DNA from: Nemertoderma westbladi
Taxonomy: Eukaryota; Animalia; Xenacoelomorpha
Assembly (NCBI GenBank): GCA_032718475.1
Contig: JAUCBJ010002523.1
Location: 1 to 64,000 of the forward strand
Direction: 5' to 3'
Length of the DNA stretch: 64,000 nt
Part shown: in pieces, positions 1-14,913 of the stretch
Position numbering within the stretch: position 1 is the stretch's first letter
Layout: each line of letters begins with the position of its first letter
Translations under genes and position numbers: made by a program
Notes under the pieces: generated by a model
What the model was told of the DNA's origin: nothing
Seen by the model: the letters and a program-made list of their open reading frames with translations, nothing else
Databases searched by the model: none

Positions 1-3000
1 GGTTGTCCATTTGTGTGAGAGGTTGTCCATATGTGTGAGACGTTGTCCATATGTGTGAGAGGTTGTCCATTTGTGTGAGAGGTTGTCCATATGTGTGAGA
101 GGTTGTCCGTATGTGTGAGAGGTTGTCCATATGTGTGAGAGGTTGTCCATATGTGTGAGACGTTGTCCATAAGTGTGAGAGGTTGTCCATATGTGTGAGA
201 GGTTGTCCGTATGTGTGAGAGGTTGTCCATATGTGTGAGAGGGTCTCCATATGTGTGAGACGTTGTCCATATGTGTGAGAGGTTGTCCATTTGTGTGAGA
301 GGTTGTCCATATGTGTGAGACGTTGTCCATATGTGTGAGAGGTTGTCCATTTGTGTGAGAGGTTGTCCATATGTGTGAGAGGTTGTCCGTATGTGTGAGA
401 GGTTGTCCATATGTGTGAGAGGTTGTCCATATGTGTGAGACGTTGTCCATAAGTGTGAGAGGTTGTCCATATGTGTGAGAGGTTGTCCGTATGTGTGAGA
501 GGGTGTCCATATGTGTGAGAGGTTGTCCATATGTGTGAGAGGTTGTCCATATGTGTGAGACGTTGTCCGTATGTGTGAGAGGTTCTCCGTATGTGTGAGA
601 GGGTCTCCATATGTGTGAGACGTTGTCCATAAGTGTGAGACGTTGTCCATAAGTGTGAGAGGTTTGTCCATATGTGTGAGAGGGTCTCCATATGTGTGAG
701 ACGTTGTCCATAAGTGTGAGACGTTGTCCATAAGTGTGAGAGGTTGTCCATATGTGTGAGAGGTTGTCCGTATGTGTGAGAGGTTCTCCGTATGTGTGAG
801 AGGGTCTCCATATGTGTGAGACGTTGTCCATAAGTGTGAGACGTTGTCCATAAGTGTGAGAGGTTGTCCATATGTGTGAGAGGTTGTCCATATGTGTGAG
901 ACGTTGTCCATATGTGTTAGATGTTGTCCATATGTGTGAGAGGTTGTCCATATGTGTGAGAGGGTCTCCATATGTGTGAGACGTTGTCCATATGTGTGAG
1001 AGGTTGTCCATATGTGTGAGAGGTTGTCCATATGTGTGAGACGTTGTCCATATGTGTTAGATGTTGTCCATATGTGTGAGAGGTTGTCCATATGTGTGAG
1101 AGGGTCTCCATATGTGTGAGACGTTGTCCATAAGTGTGAGACGTTGTCCATAAGTGTGAGAGGTTGTCCGTATGTGTGAGAGGTTGTCCATATGTGTGAG
1201 AGGTTGTCCATATGTGTGAGAGGTTGTCCATATGTGTGAGAGGTTGTCCATATGTGTGAGACGTTGTCCATATGTGTTAGATGTTGTCCATATGTGTGAG
1301 AGGTTGTCCATATGTGTGAGAGGGTCTCCATATGTGTGAGACGTTGTCCATAAGTGTGAGACGTTGTCCATAAGTGTGAGAGGTTGTCCATATGTGTGAG
1401 AGGTTGTCCGTATGTGTGAGAGGTTCTCCGTATGTGTGAGAGGTTGTCCATATGTGTGAGAGGTTGTCCATATGTGTGAGACGTTGTCCATATGTGTTAG
1501 ATGTTGTCCATATGTGTGAGAGGTTGTCCGTATGTGTGAGAGGTTGTCCGTATGTGTGAGAGGTTGTCCATATGTGTTAGATGTTGTCCATATGTGTGAG
1601 AGGTTGTCCATATGTGTGAGAGGTTGTCCATATGTGTGAGAGGTTTGTCCATATGTGTGAGAGGGTCTCCATATGTGTGAGACGTTGTCCATAAGTGTGA
1701 GACGTTGTCCATAAGTGTGAGAGGTTGTCCATATGTGTGAGAGGTTGTCCGTATGTGTGAGAGGTTTGTCCATATGTGTTAGAGGTTGTCCATATGTGTG
1801 AGAGGGTGTCCATATGTGTGAGAGGTTGTCCATATGTGTGAGAGGGTGTCCATATGTGTGAGAGGTTGTCCGTATGTGTGAGAGGTTTGTCCATATGTGT
1901 GAGAGGGTCTCCATATGTGTGAGACGTTGTCCATAAGTGTGAGACGTTGTCCATAAGTGTGAGAGGTTGTCCATATGTGTGAGAGGTTGTCCGTATGTGT
2001 GAGAGGTTTGTCCATATGTGTTAGAGGTTGTCCATATGTGTGAGAGGTTGTCCATATGTGTGAGACGTTGTCCATATGTGTTAGAGGTTGTCCATATGTG
2101 TGAGAGGGTGTCCATATGTGTGAGAGGTTGTCCATATGTGTGAGAGGGTGTCCATATGTGTGAGAGGTTGTCCGTATGTGTGAGAGGTTTGTCCATATGT
2201 GTGAGAGGTTGTCCATATGTGTGAGACGTTGTCCATATGTGTTAGATGTTGTCCATATGTGTGAGAGGGTGTCCATATGTGTGAGAGGTTGTCCGTATGT
2301 GTGAGAGGTTGTCCATATGTGTGAGAGGTTGTCCATATGTGTGAGAGGTTTGTCCATATGTGTGAGAGGGTCTCCATATGTGTGAGACGTTGTCCATAAG
2401 TGTGAGACGTTGTCCATAAGTGTGAGAGGTTGTCCATATGTGTGAGAGGTTGTCCGTATGTGTGAGAGGTTGTCCATATGTGTGAGAGGTTTGTCCATAT
2501 GTGTGAGAGGGTCTCCATATGTGTGAGACGTTGTCCATAAGTGTGAGACGTTGTCCATAAGTGTGAGAGGTTGTCCATATGTGTGAGAGGTTGTCCGTAT
2601 GTGTGAGAGGCTGTCCATATATGTGATAGGGTGTCCATATGTGTGAGAGGCTGTCCATATTTGTGAGAGGTTGTCCATATGTGTGAGAGGTTTTCCATGT
2701 GTGAGTGGTTGTCCATATATATGAGAGGTTGTCCATATGTTTGAGAGGTTGTCCGTATGTGTGAGAGGTTTGTCCATATGTGTGGGAGGTTGTCCGTATG
2801 TTTGAGAGGTTGTCCATATGTGTAAGAGGTTGTCCATATGTGTGAGAGGTTGTCCATATGTGTGAGAGGTTGTCCATATGTGTGAGAGGTTTGTCCATAT
2901 GTGTGGGAGGTTGTCCGTATGTGTGAGAGGTTGTCCGTATGTGTGAGAGGTTGTCCGTATGTGTGAGAGGTTGTCCGTATGTGTGAGAGGTTGTCCGTAT

Positions 3001-6000
3001 GTGTGAGAGGTTGTCCATATGTGTGAGAGTGTGTCCATATGTGTGAGAGGTTGTCCATATGTGTGAGAGGTTGTCCATATGTGTGAGAGGTTTTCCATAT
3101 GTGTGAAAGGGTGTCCATATGTGTGCGAGCTTTGTCCATATGTGTGAGAGGTTGTCCGTATGTGTGAGAGGTTGTCCGTATGTGTGAGAGGTTGTCCGTA
3201 TGTGTGAGAGGTTGTCCATATGTGTGAGACGTTGTCCATATGTGTTAGAGGTTGTCCATATGTGTGAGAGGGTCTCCATATGTGTGAGACGTTGTCCATA
3301 AGTGTGAGACGTTGTCCATAAGTGTGAGAGGTTGTCCATATGTGTGAGAGGTTGTCCGTATGTGTGAGAGGTTGTCCATATGTGTGAGAGGTTTGTCCAT
3401 ATGTGTGAGAGGTTGTCCATATGTGTGAGAGGTTGTCCATATGTGTGAGAGGTTGTCCATATGTGTGAGAGGTTGTCCATATGTGTGAGACGTTGTCCAT
3501 ATGTGTTAGATGTTGTCCATATGTGTGAGAGGTTGTCCATATGTGTGAGACGTTGTCCATATGTGTTAGATGTTGTCCATATGTGTGAGAGGTTGTCCAT
3601 ATGTGTGAGAGGTTGTCCGTATGTGTGAGAGGTTCTCCGTATGTGTGAGAGGGTCTCCATATGTGTGAGACGTTGTCCATAAGTGTGAGACGTTGTCCAT
3701 AAGTGTGAGAGGTTGTCCATATGTGTGAGAGGTTGTCCATATGTGTGAGACGTTGTCCATATGTGTTAGATGTTGTCCATATGTGTGAGAGGTTGTCCAT
3801 ATGTGTGAGAGGGTCTCCATATGTGTGAGACGTTGTCCATATGTGTGAGAGGTTGTCCATATGTGTGAGAGGTTGTCCATATGTGTGAGACGTTGTCCGT
3901 ATGTGTGAGAGGTTCTCCGTATGTGTGAGACGTTGTCCATAAGTGTGAGACGTTGTCCATAAGTGTGAGAGGTTGTCCATATGTGTGAGAGGTTGTCCAT
4001 ATGTGTGAGACGTTGTCCATAAGTGTGAGACGTTGTCCATAAGTGTGAGAGGTTGTCCATATGTGTGAGAGGTTGTCCATATGTGTGAGAGGTTGTCCGT
4101 ATGTGTGAGAGGTTGTCCATATGTGTGAGAGGGTCTCCATATGTGTGAGACGTTGTCCATATGTGTGAGAGGTTGTCCGTATGTGTGAGAGGTTCTCCGT
4201 ATGTGTGAGAGGTTGTCCATATGTGTGAGAGGTTGTCCATATGTGTGAGAGGTTGTCCATATGTGTGAGAGGTTGTCCGTATGTGTGAGAGGTTGTCCAT
4301 ATGTGTGAGAGGGTCTCCATATGTGTGAGACGTTGTCCATATGTGTGAGAGGTTGTCCATATGTGTGAGAGGTTGTCCATATGTGTGAGACGTTGTCCAT
4401 AAGTGTGAGACGTTGTCCATAAGTGTGAGAGGTTGTCCATATGTGTGAGAGGTTGTCCGTATGTGTGAGAGGTTGTCCATATGTGTGAGAGGGTCTCCAT
4501 ATGTGTGAGACGTTGTCCATATGTGTGAGAGGTTGTCCATTTGTGTGAGAGGTTGTCCATATGTGTGAGAGGTTGTCCGTATGTGTGAGAGGTTGTCCAT
4601 TTGTGTGAGAGGTTGTCCGTATGTGTGAGAGGTTGTCCATATGTGTGAGAGGGTCTCCATATGTGTGAGACGTTGTCCATATGTGTGAGAGGTTGTCCAT
4701 ATGTGTGAGAGGTTGTCCATATGTGTGAGAGGGTCTCCATATGTGTGAGACGTTGTCCATATGTGTGAGAGGTTGTCCATATGTGTGAGAGGTTGTCCAT
4801 ATGTGTGAGACGTTGTCCATAAGTGTGAGACGTTGTCCATAAGTGTGAGAGGTTGTCCATATGTGTGAGAGGTTGTCCGTATGTGTGAGAGGTTGTCCAT
4901 ATGTGTGAGAGGGTCTCCATATGTGTGAGACGTTGTCCATATGTGTGAGAGGTTGTCCATTTGTGTGAGAGGTTGTCCATATGTGTGAGAGGTTGTCCGT
5001 ATGTGTGAGAGGTTGTCCATTTGTGTGAGAGGTTGTCCGTATGTGTGAGAGGTTGTCCATATGTGTGAGAGGGTCTCCATATGTGTGAGACGTTGTCCAT
5101 ATGTGTGAGAGGTTGTCCATTTGTGTGAGAGGTTGTCCATATGTGTGAGAGGTTGTCCATATGTGTGAGACGTTGTCCGTATGTGTGAGAGGGTCTCCAT
5201 ATGTGTGAGACGTTGTCCATATGTGTGAGAGGTTGTCCATTTGTGTGAGAGGTTGTCCATATGTGTGAGACGTTGTCCATATGTGTGAGAGGTTGTCCAT
5301 TTGTGTGAGAGGTTGTCCATATGTGTGAGAGGTTGTCCGTATGTGTGAGAGGTTGTCCATATGTGTGAGAGGTTGTCCATATGTGTGAGACGTTGTCCAT
5401 AAGTGTGAGAGGTTGTCCATATGTGTGAGAGGTTGTCCGTATGTGTGAGAGGTTGTCCATATGTGTGAGAGGGTCTCCATATGTGTGAGACGTTGTCCAT
5501 ATGTGTGAGAGGTTGTCCATTTGTGTGAGAGGTTGTCCATATGTGTGAGACGTTGTCCATATGTGTGAGAGGTTGTCCATTTGTGTGAGAGGTTGTCCAT
5601 ATGTGTGAGAGGTTGTCCGTATGTGTGAGAGGTTGTCCATATGTGTGAGAGGTTGTCCATATGTGTGAGACGTTGTCCATAAGTGTGAGAGGTTGTCCAT
5701 ATGTGTGAGAGGTTGTCCGTATGTGTGAGAGGGTGTCCATATGTGTGAGAGGTTGTCCATATGTGTGAGAGGTTGTCCATATGTGTGAGACGTTGTCCGT
5801 ATGTGTGAGAGGTTCTCCGTATGTGTGAGAGGGTCTCCATATGTGTGAGACGTTGTCCATAAGTGTGAGACGTTGTCCATAAGTGTGAGAGGTTTGTCCA
5901 TATGTGTGAGAGGGTCTCCATATGTGTGAGACGTTGTCCATAAGTGTGAGACGTTGTCCATAAGTGTGAGAGGTTGTCCATATGTGTGAGAGGTTGTCCG

Positions 6001-9000
6001 TATGTGTGAGAGGTTCTCCGTATGTGTGAGAGGGTCTCCATATGTGTGAGACGTTGTCCATAAGTGTGAGACGTTGTCCATAAGTGTGAGAGGTTGTCCA
6101 TATGTGTGAGAGGTTGTCCATATGTGTGAGACGTTGTCCATATGTGTTAGATGTTGTCCATATGTGTGAGAGGTTGTCCATATGTGTGAGAGGGTCTCCA
6201 TATGTGTGAGACGTTGTCCATATGTGTGAGAGGTTGTCCATATGTGTGAGAGGTTGTCCATATGTGTGAGACGTTGTCCATATGTGTTAGATGTTGTCCA
6301 TATGTGTGAGAGGTTGTCCATATGTGTGAGAGGGTCTCCATATGTGTGAGACGTTGTCCATAAGTGTGAGACGTTGTCCATAAGTGTGAGAGGTTGTCCG
6401 TATGTGTGAGAGGTTGTCCATATGTGTGAGAGGTTGTCCATATGTGTGAGAGGTTGTCCATATGTGTGAGAGGTTGTCCATATGTGTGAGACGTTGTCCA
6501 TATGTGTTAGATGTTGTCCATATGTGTGAGAGGTTGTCCATATGTGTGAGAGGGTCTCCATATGTGTGAGACGTTGTCCATAAGTGTGAGACGTTGTCCA
6601 TAAGTGTGAGAGGTTGTCCATATGTGTGAGAGGTTGTCCGTATGTGTGAGAGGTTCTCCGTATGTGTGAGAGGTTGTCCATATGTGTGAGAGGTTGTCCA
6701 TATGTGTGAGACGTTGTCCATATGTGTTAGATGTTGTCCATATGTGTGAGAGGTTGTCCGTATGTGTGAGAGGTTGTCCGTATGTGTGAGAGGTTGTCCA
6801 TATGTGTTAGATGTTGTCCATATGTGTGAGAGGTTGTCCATATGTGTGAGAGGTTGTCCATATGTGTGAGAGGTTTGTCCATATGTGTGAGAGGGTCTCC
6901 ATATGTGTGAGACGTTGTCCATAAGTGTGAGACGTTGTCCATAAGTGTGAGAGGTTGTCCATATGTGTGAGAGGTTGTCCGTATGTGTGAGAGGTTTGTC
7001 CATATGTGTTAGAGGTTGTCCATATGTGTGAGAGGGTGTCCATATGTGTGAGAGGTTGTCCATATGTGTGAGAGGGTGTCCATATGTGTGAGAGGTTGTC
7101 CGTATGTGTGAGAGGTTTGTCCATATGTGTGAGAGGGTCTCCATATGTGTGAGACGTTGTCCATAAGTGTGAGACGTTGTCCATAAGTGTGAGAGGTTGT
7201 CCATATGTGTGAGAGGTTGTCCGTATGTGTGAGAGGTTTGTCCATATGTGTTAGAGGTTGTCCATATGTGTGAGAGGTTGTCCATATGTGTGAGACGTTG
7301 TCCATATGTGTTAGAGGTTGTCCATATGTGTGAGAGGGTGTCCATATGTGTGAGAGGTTGTCCATATGTGTGAGAGGGTGTCCATATGTGTGAGAGGTTG
7401 TCCGTATGTGTGAGAGGTTTGTCCATATGTGTGAGAGGTTGTCCATATGTGTGAGACGTTGTCCATATGTGTTAGATGTTGTCCATATGTGTGAGAGGGT
7501 GTCCATATGTGTGAGAGGTTGTCCGTATGTGTGAGAGGTTGTCCATATGTGTGAGAGGTTGTCCATATGTGTGAGAGGTTTGTCCATATGTGTGAGAGGG
7601 TCTCCATATGTGTGAGACGTTGTCCATAAGTGTGAGACGTTGTCCATAAGTGTGAGAGGTTGTCCATATGTGTGAGAGGTTGTCCGTATGTGTGAGAGGT
7701 TGTCCATATGTGTGAGAGGTTTGTCCATATGTGTGAGAGGGTCTCCATATGTGTGAGACGTTGTCCATAAGTGTGAGACGTTGTCCATAAGTGTGAGAGG
7801 TTGTCCATATGTGTGAGAGGTTGTCCGTATGTGTGAGAGGCTGTCCATATATGTGATAGGGTGTCCATATGTGTGAGAGGCTGTCCATATTTGTGAGAGG
7901 TTGTCCATATGTGTGAGAGGTTTTCCATGTGTGAGTGGTTGTCCATATATATGAGAGGTTGTCCATATGTTTGAGAGGTTGTCCGTATGTGTGAGAGGTT
8001 TGTCCATATGTGTGGGAGGTTGTCCGTATGTTTGAGAGGTTGTCCATATGTGTAAGAGGTTGTCCATATGTGTGAGAGGTTGTCCATATGTGTGAGAGGT
8101 TGTCCATATGTGTGAGAGGTTTGTCCATATGTGTGGGAGGTTGTCCGTATGTTTGAGAGGTTGTCCGTATGTGTGAGAGGTTGTCCGTATGTGTGAGAGG
8201 TTGTCCGTATGTGTGAGAGGTTGTCCGTATGTGTGAGAGGTTGTCCATATGTGTGAGAGTGTGTCCATATGTGTGAGAGGTTGTCTATATGTGTGAGAGG
8301 TTGTCCATATGTGTGAGAGGTTTTCCATATGTGTGAAAGGGTGTCCATATGTGTGCGAGCTTTGTCCATATGTGTGAGAGGTTGTCCGTATGTGTGAGAG
8401 GTTGTCCGTATGTGTGAGAGGTTGTCCGTATGTGTGAGAGGTTTGTCCATATGTGTGAGAGGTTGTCCGTATGTGTGAGAGGTTGTCCATATGTGTTAGA
8501 GGTTGTCCATATGTGTGAGAGGTTGTCCATATGTGTGAGAGGTTGTCCATATGTGTGAGAGGTTGTCCATATGTGTGAGAGGTTGTCCATATGTGTGAGA
8601 CGTTGTCCATATGTGTTAGATGTTGTCCATATGTGTGAGAGGTTGTCCATATGTGTGAGAGGGTCTCCATATGTGTGAGACGTTGTCCATATGTGTGAGA
8701 GGTTGTCCATATGTGTGAGAGGTTGTCCATATGTGTGAGACGTTGTCCATATGTGTTAGATGTTGTCCATATGTGTGAGAGGTTGTCCATATGTGTGAGA
8801 GGGTCTCCATATGTGTGAGACGTTGTCCATAAGTGTGAGACGTTGTCCATAAGTGTGAGAGGTTGTCCGTATGTGTGAGAGGTTGTCCATATGTGTGAGA
8901 GGTTGTCCATATGTGTGAGAGGTTGTCCATATGTGTGAGAGGTTGTCCATATGTGTGAGACGTTGTCCATATGTGTTAGATGTTGTCCATATGTGTGAGA

Positions 9001-11208
9001 GGTTGTCCATATGTGTGAGAGGGTCTCCATATGTGTGAGACGTTGTCCATAAGTGTGAGACGTTGTCCATAAGTGTGAGAGGTTGTCCATATGTGTGAGA
9101 GGTTGTCCGTATGTGTGAGAGGTTCTCCGTATGTGTGAGAGGTTGTCCATATGTGTGAGAGGTTGTCCATATGTGTGAGACGTTGTCCATATGTGTTAGA
9201 TGTTGTCCATATGTGTGAGAGGTTGTCCGTATGTGTGAGAGGTTGTCCGTATGTGTGAGAGGTTGTCCATATGTGTTAGATGTTGTCCATATGTGTGAGA
9301 GGTTGTCCATATGTGTGAGAGGTTGTCCATATGTGTGAGAGGTTTGTCCATATGTGTGAGAGGGTCTCCATATGTGTGAGACGTTGTCCATAAGTGTGAG
9401 ACGTTGTCCATAAGTGTGAGAGGTTGTCCATATGTGTGAGAGGTTGTCCGTATGTGTGAGAGGTTTGTCCATATGTGTTAGAGGTTGTCCATATGTGTGA
9501 GAGGGTGTCCATATGTGTGAGAGGTTGTCCATATGTGTGAGAGGGTGTCCATATGTGTGAGAGGTTGTCCGTATGTGTGAGAGGTTTGTCCATATGTGTG
9601 AGAGGGTCTCCATATGTGTGAGACGTTGTCCATAAGTGTGAGACGTTGTCCATAAGTGTGAGAGGTTGTCCATATGTGTGAGAGGTTGTCCGTATGTGTG
9701 AGAGGTTTGTCCATATGTGTTAGAGGTTGTCCATATGTGTGAGAGGTTGTCCATATGTGTGAGACGTTGTCCATATGTGTTAGAGGTTGTCCATATGTGT
9801 GAGAGGGTGTCCATATGTGTGAGAGGTTGTCCATATGTGTGAGAGGGTGTCCATATGTGTGAGAGGTTGTCCGTATGTGTGAGAGGTTTGTCCATATGTG
9901 TGAGAGGTTGTCCATATGTGTGAGACGTTGTCCATATGTGTTAGATGTTGTCCATATGTGTGAGAGGGTGTCCATATGTGTGAGAGGTTGTCCGTATGTG
10001 TGAGAGGTTGTCCATATGTGTGAGAGGTTGTCCATATGTGTGAGAGGTTTGTCCATATGTGTGAGAGGGTCTCCATATGTGTGAGACGTTGTCCATAAGT
10101 GTGAGACGTTGTCCATAAGTGTGAGAGGTTGTCCATATGTGTGAGAGGTTGTCCGTATGTGTGAGAGGTTGTCCATATGTGTGAGAGGTTTGTCCATATG
10201 TGTGAGAGGGTCTCCATATGTGTGAGACGTTGTCCATAAGTGTGAGACGTTGTCCATAAGTGTGAGAGGTTGTCCATATGTGTGAGAGGTTGTCCGTATG
10301 TGTGAGAGGCTGTCCATATATGTGATAGGGTGTCCATATGTGTGAGAGGCTGTCCATATTTGTGAGAGGTTGTCCATATGTGTGAGAGGTTTTCCATGTG
10401 TGAGTGGTTGTCCATATATATGAGAGGTTGTCCATATGTTTGAGAGGTTGTCCGTATGTGTGAGAGGTTTGTCCATATGTGTGGGAGGTTGTCCGTATGT
10501 TTGAGAGGTTGTCCATATGTGTAAGAGGTTGTCCATATGTGTGAGAGGTTGTCCATATGTGTGAGAGGTTGTCCATATGTGTGAGAGGTTTGTCCATATG
10601 TGTGGGAGGTTGTCCGTATGTTTGAGAGGTTGTCCGTATGTGTGAGAGGTTGTCCGTATGTGTGAGAGGTTGTCCGTATGTGTGAGAGGTTGTCCGTATG
10701 TGTGAGAGGTTGTCCATATGTGTGAGAGTGTGTCCATATGTGTGAGAGGTTGTCTATATGTGTGAGAGGTTGTCCATATGTGTGAGAGGTTTTCCATATG
10801 TGTGAAAGGGTGTCCATATGTGTGCGAGCTTTGTCCATATGTGTGAGAGGTTGTCCGTATGTGTGAGAGGTTGTCCGTATGTGTGAGAGGTTGTCCGTAT
10901 GTGTGAGAGGTTTGTCCATATGTGTGAGAGGTTGTCCGTATGTGTGAGAGGTTGTCCGTATGTGTGAGAGGTTGTCCATATGTGTGAGAGGTTGTCCATA
11001 TGTGTGAGAGGTTGTCATTATGTGTGAGAGGTTGTCCGTATGTGTGAGAGGTTGTCCATATGTGTGAGAGGTTTGTCCGTATGTGTGAGAGGTTCTCCGT
11101 ATGTGTGAGAGGTTGTCCATATGTGTGTGAGGTTGTCCATATGTGTGAGAGGTTTGTCCGTATGTGTGAGAGGTTCTCCGTATGTGTGAGAGGTTGTCCG
11201 TATGTGTG
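1..11208. repeat. 20-bp satellite DNA (consensus GGTTGTCCATATGTGTGAGA) with higher-order repeats; runs off the left edge of the window
   Basis: Continuous head-to-tail 20-mers with recurrent variants (cgttg, gggtct, ccgt, aagtg, ttaga, 21-nt ggtttg). The landmark gtgtgcgagctttgtcc recurs near 3121, 8351 and 10820. Confidence 0.99.
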
Positions 11209-12259
11209 CTCATTTTTTTGACTTCATTTTAATCATTGAAGTTAATAGTTTCGCATTATGACTCAGCTTTAGCGTTTAGGCAATAATTCTACAATAAACT
11301 GCATCTCAGTAGCTGCTCCCAGTCTATGAAGTATTGCAAAATAGTCCAATCTGTATGTGAAATTGCTTTGGGTTGTGAGCTTTGGTTTTGGATTCGATTT
11401 TGATTTATTTCTCTCGAATTTCTAGATCAATGCAACTACTTACTTACAACAATGTACAAACCAATAATCTTACTAATAGCAAACGACTATTAAGACTAGT
11501 TTTTTTTTATTTTATTTACAGAGACAAACAGGATGGAATGATAATGCCGAGAAACTTCTTGGGAGAATTTGTTCAATTGGACGAGAAATAAATTGATTCT
11601 AGAATTATAAACTAACCGACCCAAATCGATACTGCCTCCCTATTCTTATAAGAATTCCTTACACAAACAACTCGTATAGCCTACCTTTTATTTGTTGATA
11701 ACGTAATGTTTTAATATTATTCAGCCATATAAATATTAATTAATTATATATATATTTATATTTTGTTTCGCAAGATGTTTTTATTCGCTCCAATGAATGT
11801 ATTCCTTATTAATTAATTGCTGAACCTTCTTTATATTATTTAACGATAGAGGAGTGGAAGCGATAAACCGAATAGTATAAGGGCGATGAAAGCTTTCGAA
11901 TGATACGTTATTATTGGTTACTTTAACCTGCATTTCAGAAATTTCTGATGTTATAATCTGCAAAAAATAATAACTGCAATGCAAATAAATTAAAGCTGTT
12001 AATTAAGTGAAAATAGCAATTGTTTGTTTACGTCTGTTTACTGCAGAGAAAAAATGAAGAGAGCTGCTGAGCCGAAGATTTAAGAAGACGGTTGAACCGA
12101 GCCCGAATTTCACGTCAGGCAAACGAGACTTGCCGCTGCGCCGGTACTTCACTTTCCGTTCACTAGTACCCAAGTACCTCCTTGGTCTTTTGGTTAATTC
12201 CGTTGTTCGTGTATTTTGTTGTTGTTGTGGACATTGCGGGGACAATCGATATCGGCGGA

Positions 12260-14913
12260 CGTCATTGGTGCAAATAGCAAATAGGTGAACCAACATGGAA
12301 TGAGTCCACCTCGATCAGGATCCACGCGAGATCATTGGTTTGTTAATCCGATGACTCATTCCAGCCAGCCAGCCAGGTTACCAAATACTACCTACTCACT
12401 TTAGAACAGGTAATTGCTCAGCGACCCAGATCAACCTAGGTTTAGGGTTAGAAAATCCAGAGATTAACCTCCATATAGGCCTACAGGGAAACGACTCTAC
12501 AACGGTTGCATCTCCTCCTTGGGCGATCATGTTACAGTCGCAACGCCGCTTTGAACAACAACTAGCCGGGGTGAATACTTAATTGTCTAGCTTAGCTTCC
12601 AGGATTACAAGTGTAGAAGAACGTTCAAATTAGTATGGGAACGAGGTCATGGCCTTAAAACGCGAAAATAAGGAACTCTTGAACTGCATGGACTAGAGAA
12701 GGAGAATGGATCTCTCCAAGAATCTACTGCTAATCAACAAAGATTTAGTGAATCTATAGATAAATCCTTGAGAGTAAGGAATGTAGTAAAAATGGGGGTG
12801 TCTGATGATTGTACTCGTAATCCTGCAGGAGAACGCCTTCTTCGACTTTGTAAGGACTACAATCTGATTAATTTAAGTTACACCACTGCCAGTCTCGTCG
12901 TTTGTGGAGGAGATCTGACCTTCCGTCGTAAGTGTGGTTTCATCTCTGAACCAGATTGTTTCTTAATTAGTACCAGCCTTGTCTCTAAGGTTAAAACATT
13001 CAATGTGGTAAATGAAATGGATTTACCTTCTGTTCATGACCCATTGGAACTGGAGGAAACTTTGGATCGTATTCAAAACACAGAGTGTTTGCTTGTACGA
13101 TCCCGGATGTTATACAACCACGATCATTTTGGTGCCAAATTGAGCCTTTGCTGACCTTCAATCAGAGCAAATGGTGTAAATTTGTTGGAAATTGAGGGCC
13201 AATTAGGTAGCCCACAACATTTCTTGGACTTACTTTGTGATGACCATGTGCACAAACTATCGGGGAATTAGCGTTATTAACTCAATAGTGAACATTTATG
13301 ATGGTATCATCTCCTGAAGACTAAAATGTTGGTTTGTCCCCCCATGCGAAGAGGCCAGCTCCCAACGGTATAGGGGTTGTTTGGAACACATCCTTACAGT
13401 TCGCTTATTCATTGATTATGCGAAAGCAAAGAAGGAATCGTTATTCATTATATTTGTTTTTTTCAGCTGCCTATGATAAGGTCCTCCGTGGGAGATTATT
13501 TCAACTTTTAAAATATTTTGGTATTGGTGGAACAATGTTAAAAGAATTTATATAGAAACACCAAATCAATATTCGGGCGAGTTGTTATAGACTCTAATAC
13601 TGGGGTCTTACAGGGGGCCCCAAGCTCAGCTCATCTGTTTATTATTTTTTTATCCCCATTAATATTTATGTTGCGTACCTGTATACCTGACGGTTTTTTA
13701 CAATGGCTACATGTCCTCGTTCTGATGGACAATTCAATAATTTTAGCAACTTCTCTTGAACGAGCGATGGAAAAATTAAGTGTGTTAGTGGAATACTGCA
13801 AAGAATATGGAATGGTTATTAATATGAAAAAAACTAAATTTATGGTTGATGGAAAGAGTTCCCCCTATGATAAGAGTGATCTTGTTGTTCCTGGTACGTC
13901 TGACGCTAACCTAGTCATGCAGAACAGTGATAGTTACACTTATTTGGGGTCGCCTATTACTCAGGACAGAAATATGGCATCTGTGTTCGAATAACATTTA
14001 ACAAAGAGAAATAAATGCTGCGCTAAACTCATCAGGTTTGTCTCCAAACATTCGCTGCTCACAATTTGGCTAAAACTCTTTATTTTCAGGAGTGAATTTA
14101 TATCTTCTTTATTTTATGGCTGTGAAACCTGGATTGGTGTCCCACCAGAGAAGGGAATGTCTGTGTACAGCGATATGTTATGTACCGTACTTGGGATACG
14201 GAAACGATCTTGCCGAGATCTTGTATTCCTGGAATCAGGTGAACCAAACCCTCTTTCTTTCATCAAATACCGGCAATGGACTTTCCATCGCTCTATGTGT
14301 AATAACCCGGACAGACACGTCCCGTTAATGCACGCATTGGACGTGTGCTGTTCAGTTAGAACTCCAATGAGTAAAAAAATAGATGAACTGTTAAACATGA
14401 TTGAGTCGCCGAAAATCGTGAGTGCCAGTGTCAGACAAGTAAAGGATCAAGTAACAGCTGCAAATTCAACCCTGTTTGGACCCCTAAATATATGCAATAT
14501 GCAGTATTATATGTTAGGAGCTTACTCAACTGTCCCATTGGAAACTTCGTAGCGAAGCATGCTGTACTACTGGATTTTTACAAATTAAAACCCGAACGAA
14601 ACCTTTAGTTGATCTAAGAGCCATCGAACTGGGGCTTAGCTTATATCATAGGATCGTATTTTTATATACCGATGCTTTATCTTGTGTGCAATCAAATCAA
14701 TAATCTCCACAACTGTACCTACTATCGTTTAAATTTTTTAATCTTACAATTTCAACAATATTATTTGTGTCATATTGCACCAAACTCCCTTGTTATTGTT
14801 CACTGCACTTTGATTTTACTCGTTATTTTATGTTTTGACGTGATTTTATTTTATTTATGTAAATTAAAGCCGCCGGGGCGAAAAATTCCGGATGATGAAA
14901 TGAAATGAAAATG
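12260..14913 (+). mobile_element. Degenerate, internally deleted non-LTR retrotransposon related to the LINE at 27146-31896
   Basis: Broken ORFs match the intact element: NQQRFSESIDKSLRVRNVV (ORF1-like), GERLLRLCKDYNLINLS..GDLTFRRKCGFISEPD (APE), AAYDKVLRGRLFQLL and WLHVLVLMDNSIILA (RT). It ends in gaaatgaaatgaaaatga. Boundaries are approximate. Confidence 0.85.

Noticed and set aside
917-11213. Very long minus-strand ORFs (up to 1440 aa, MDNLSHIWTTSHTYGQPLTH repeats)
   Set aside because: The 20-bp monomer lacks stops on that strand, so all three frames give the same 20-aa repeat. Frequent 21-nt monomers shift frame freely, so there is no sign of coding constraint.
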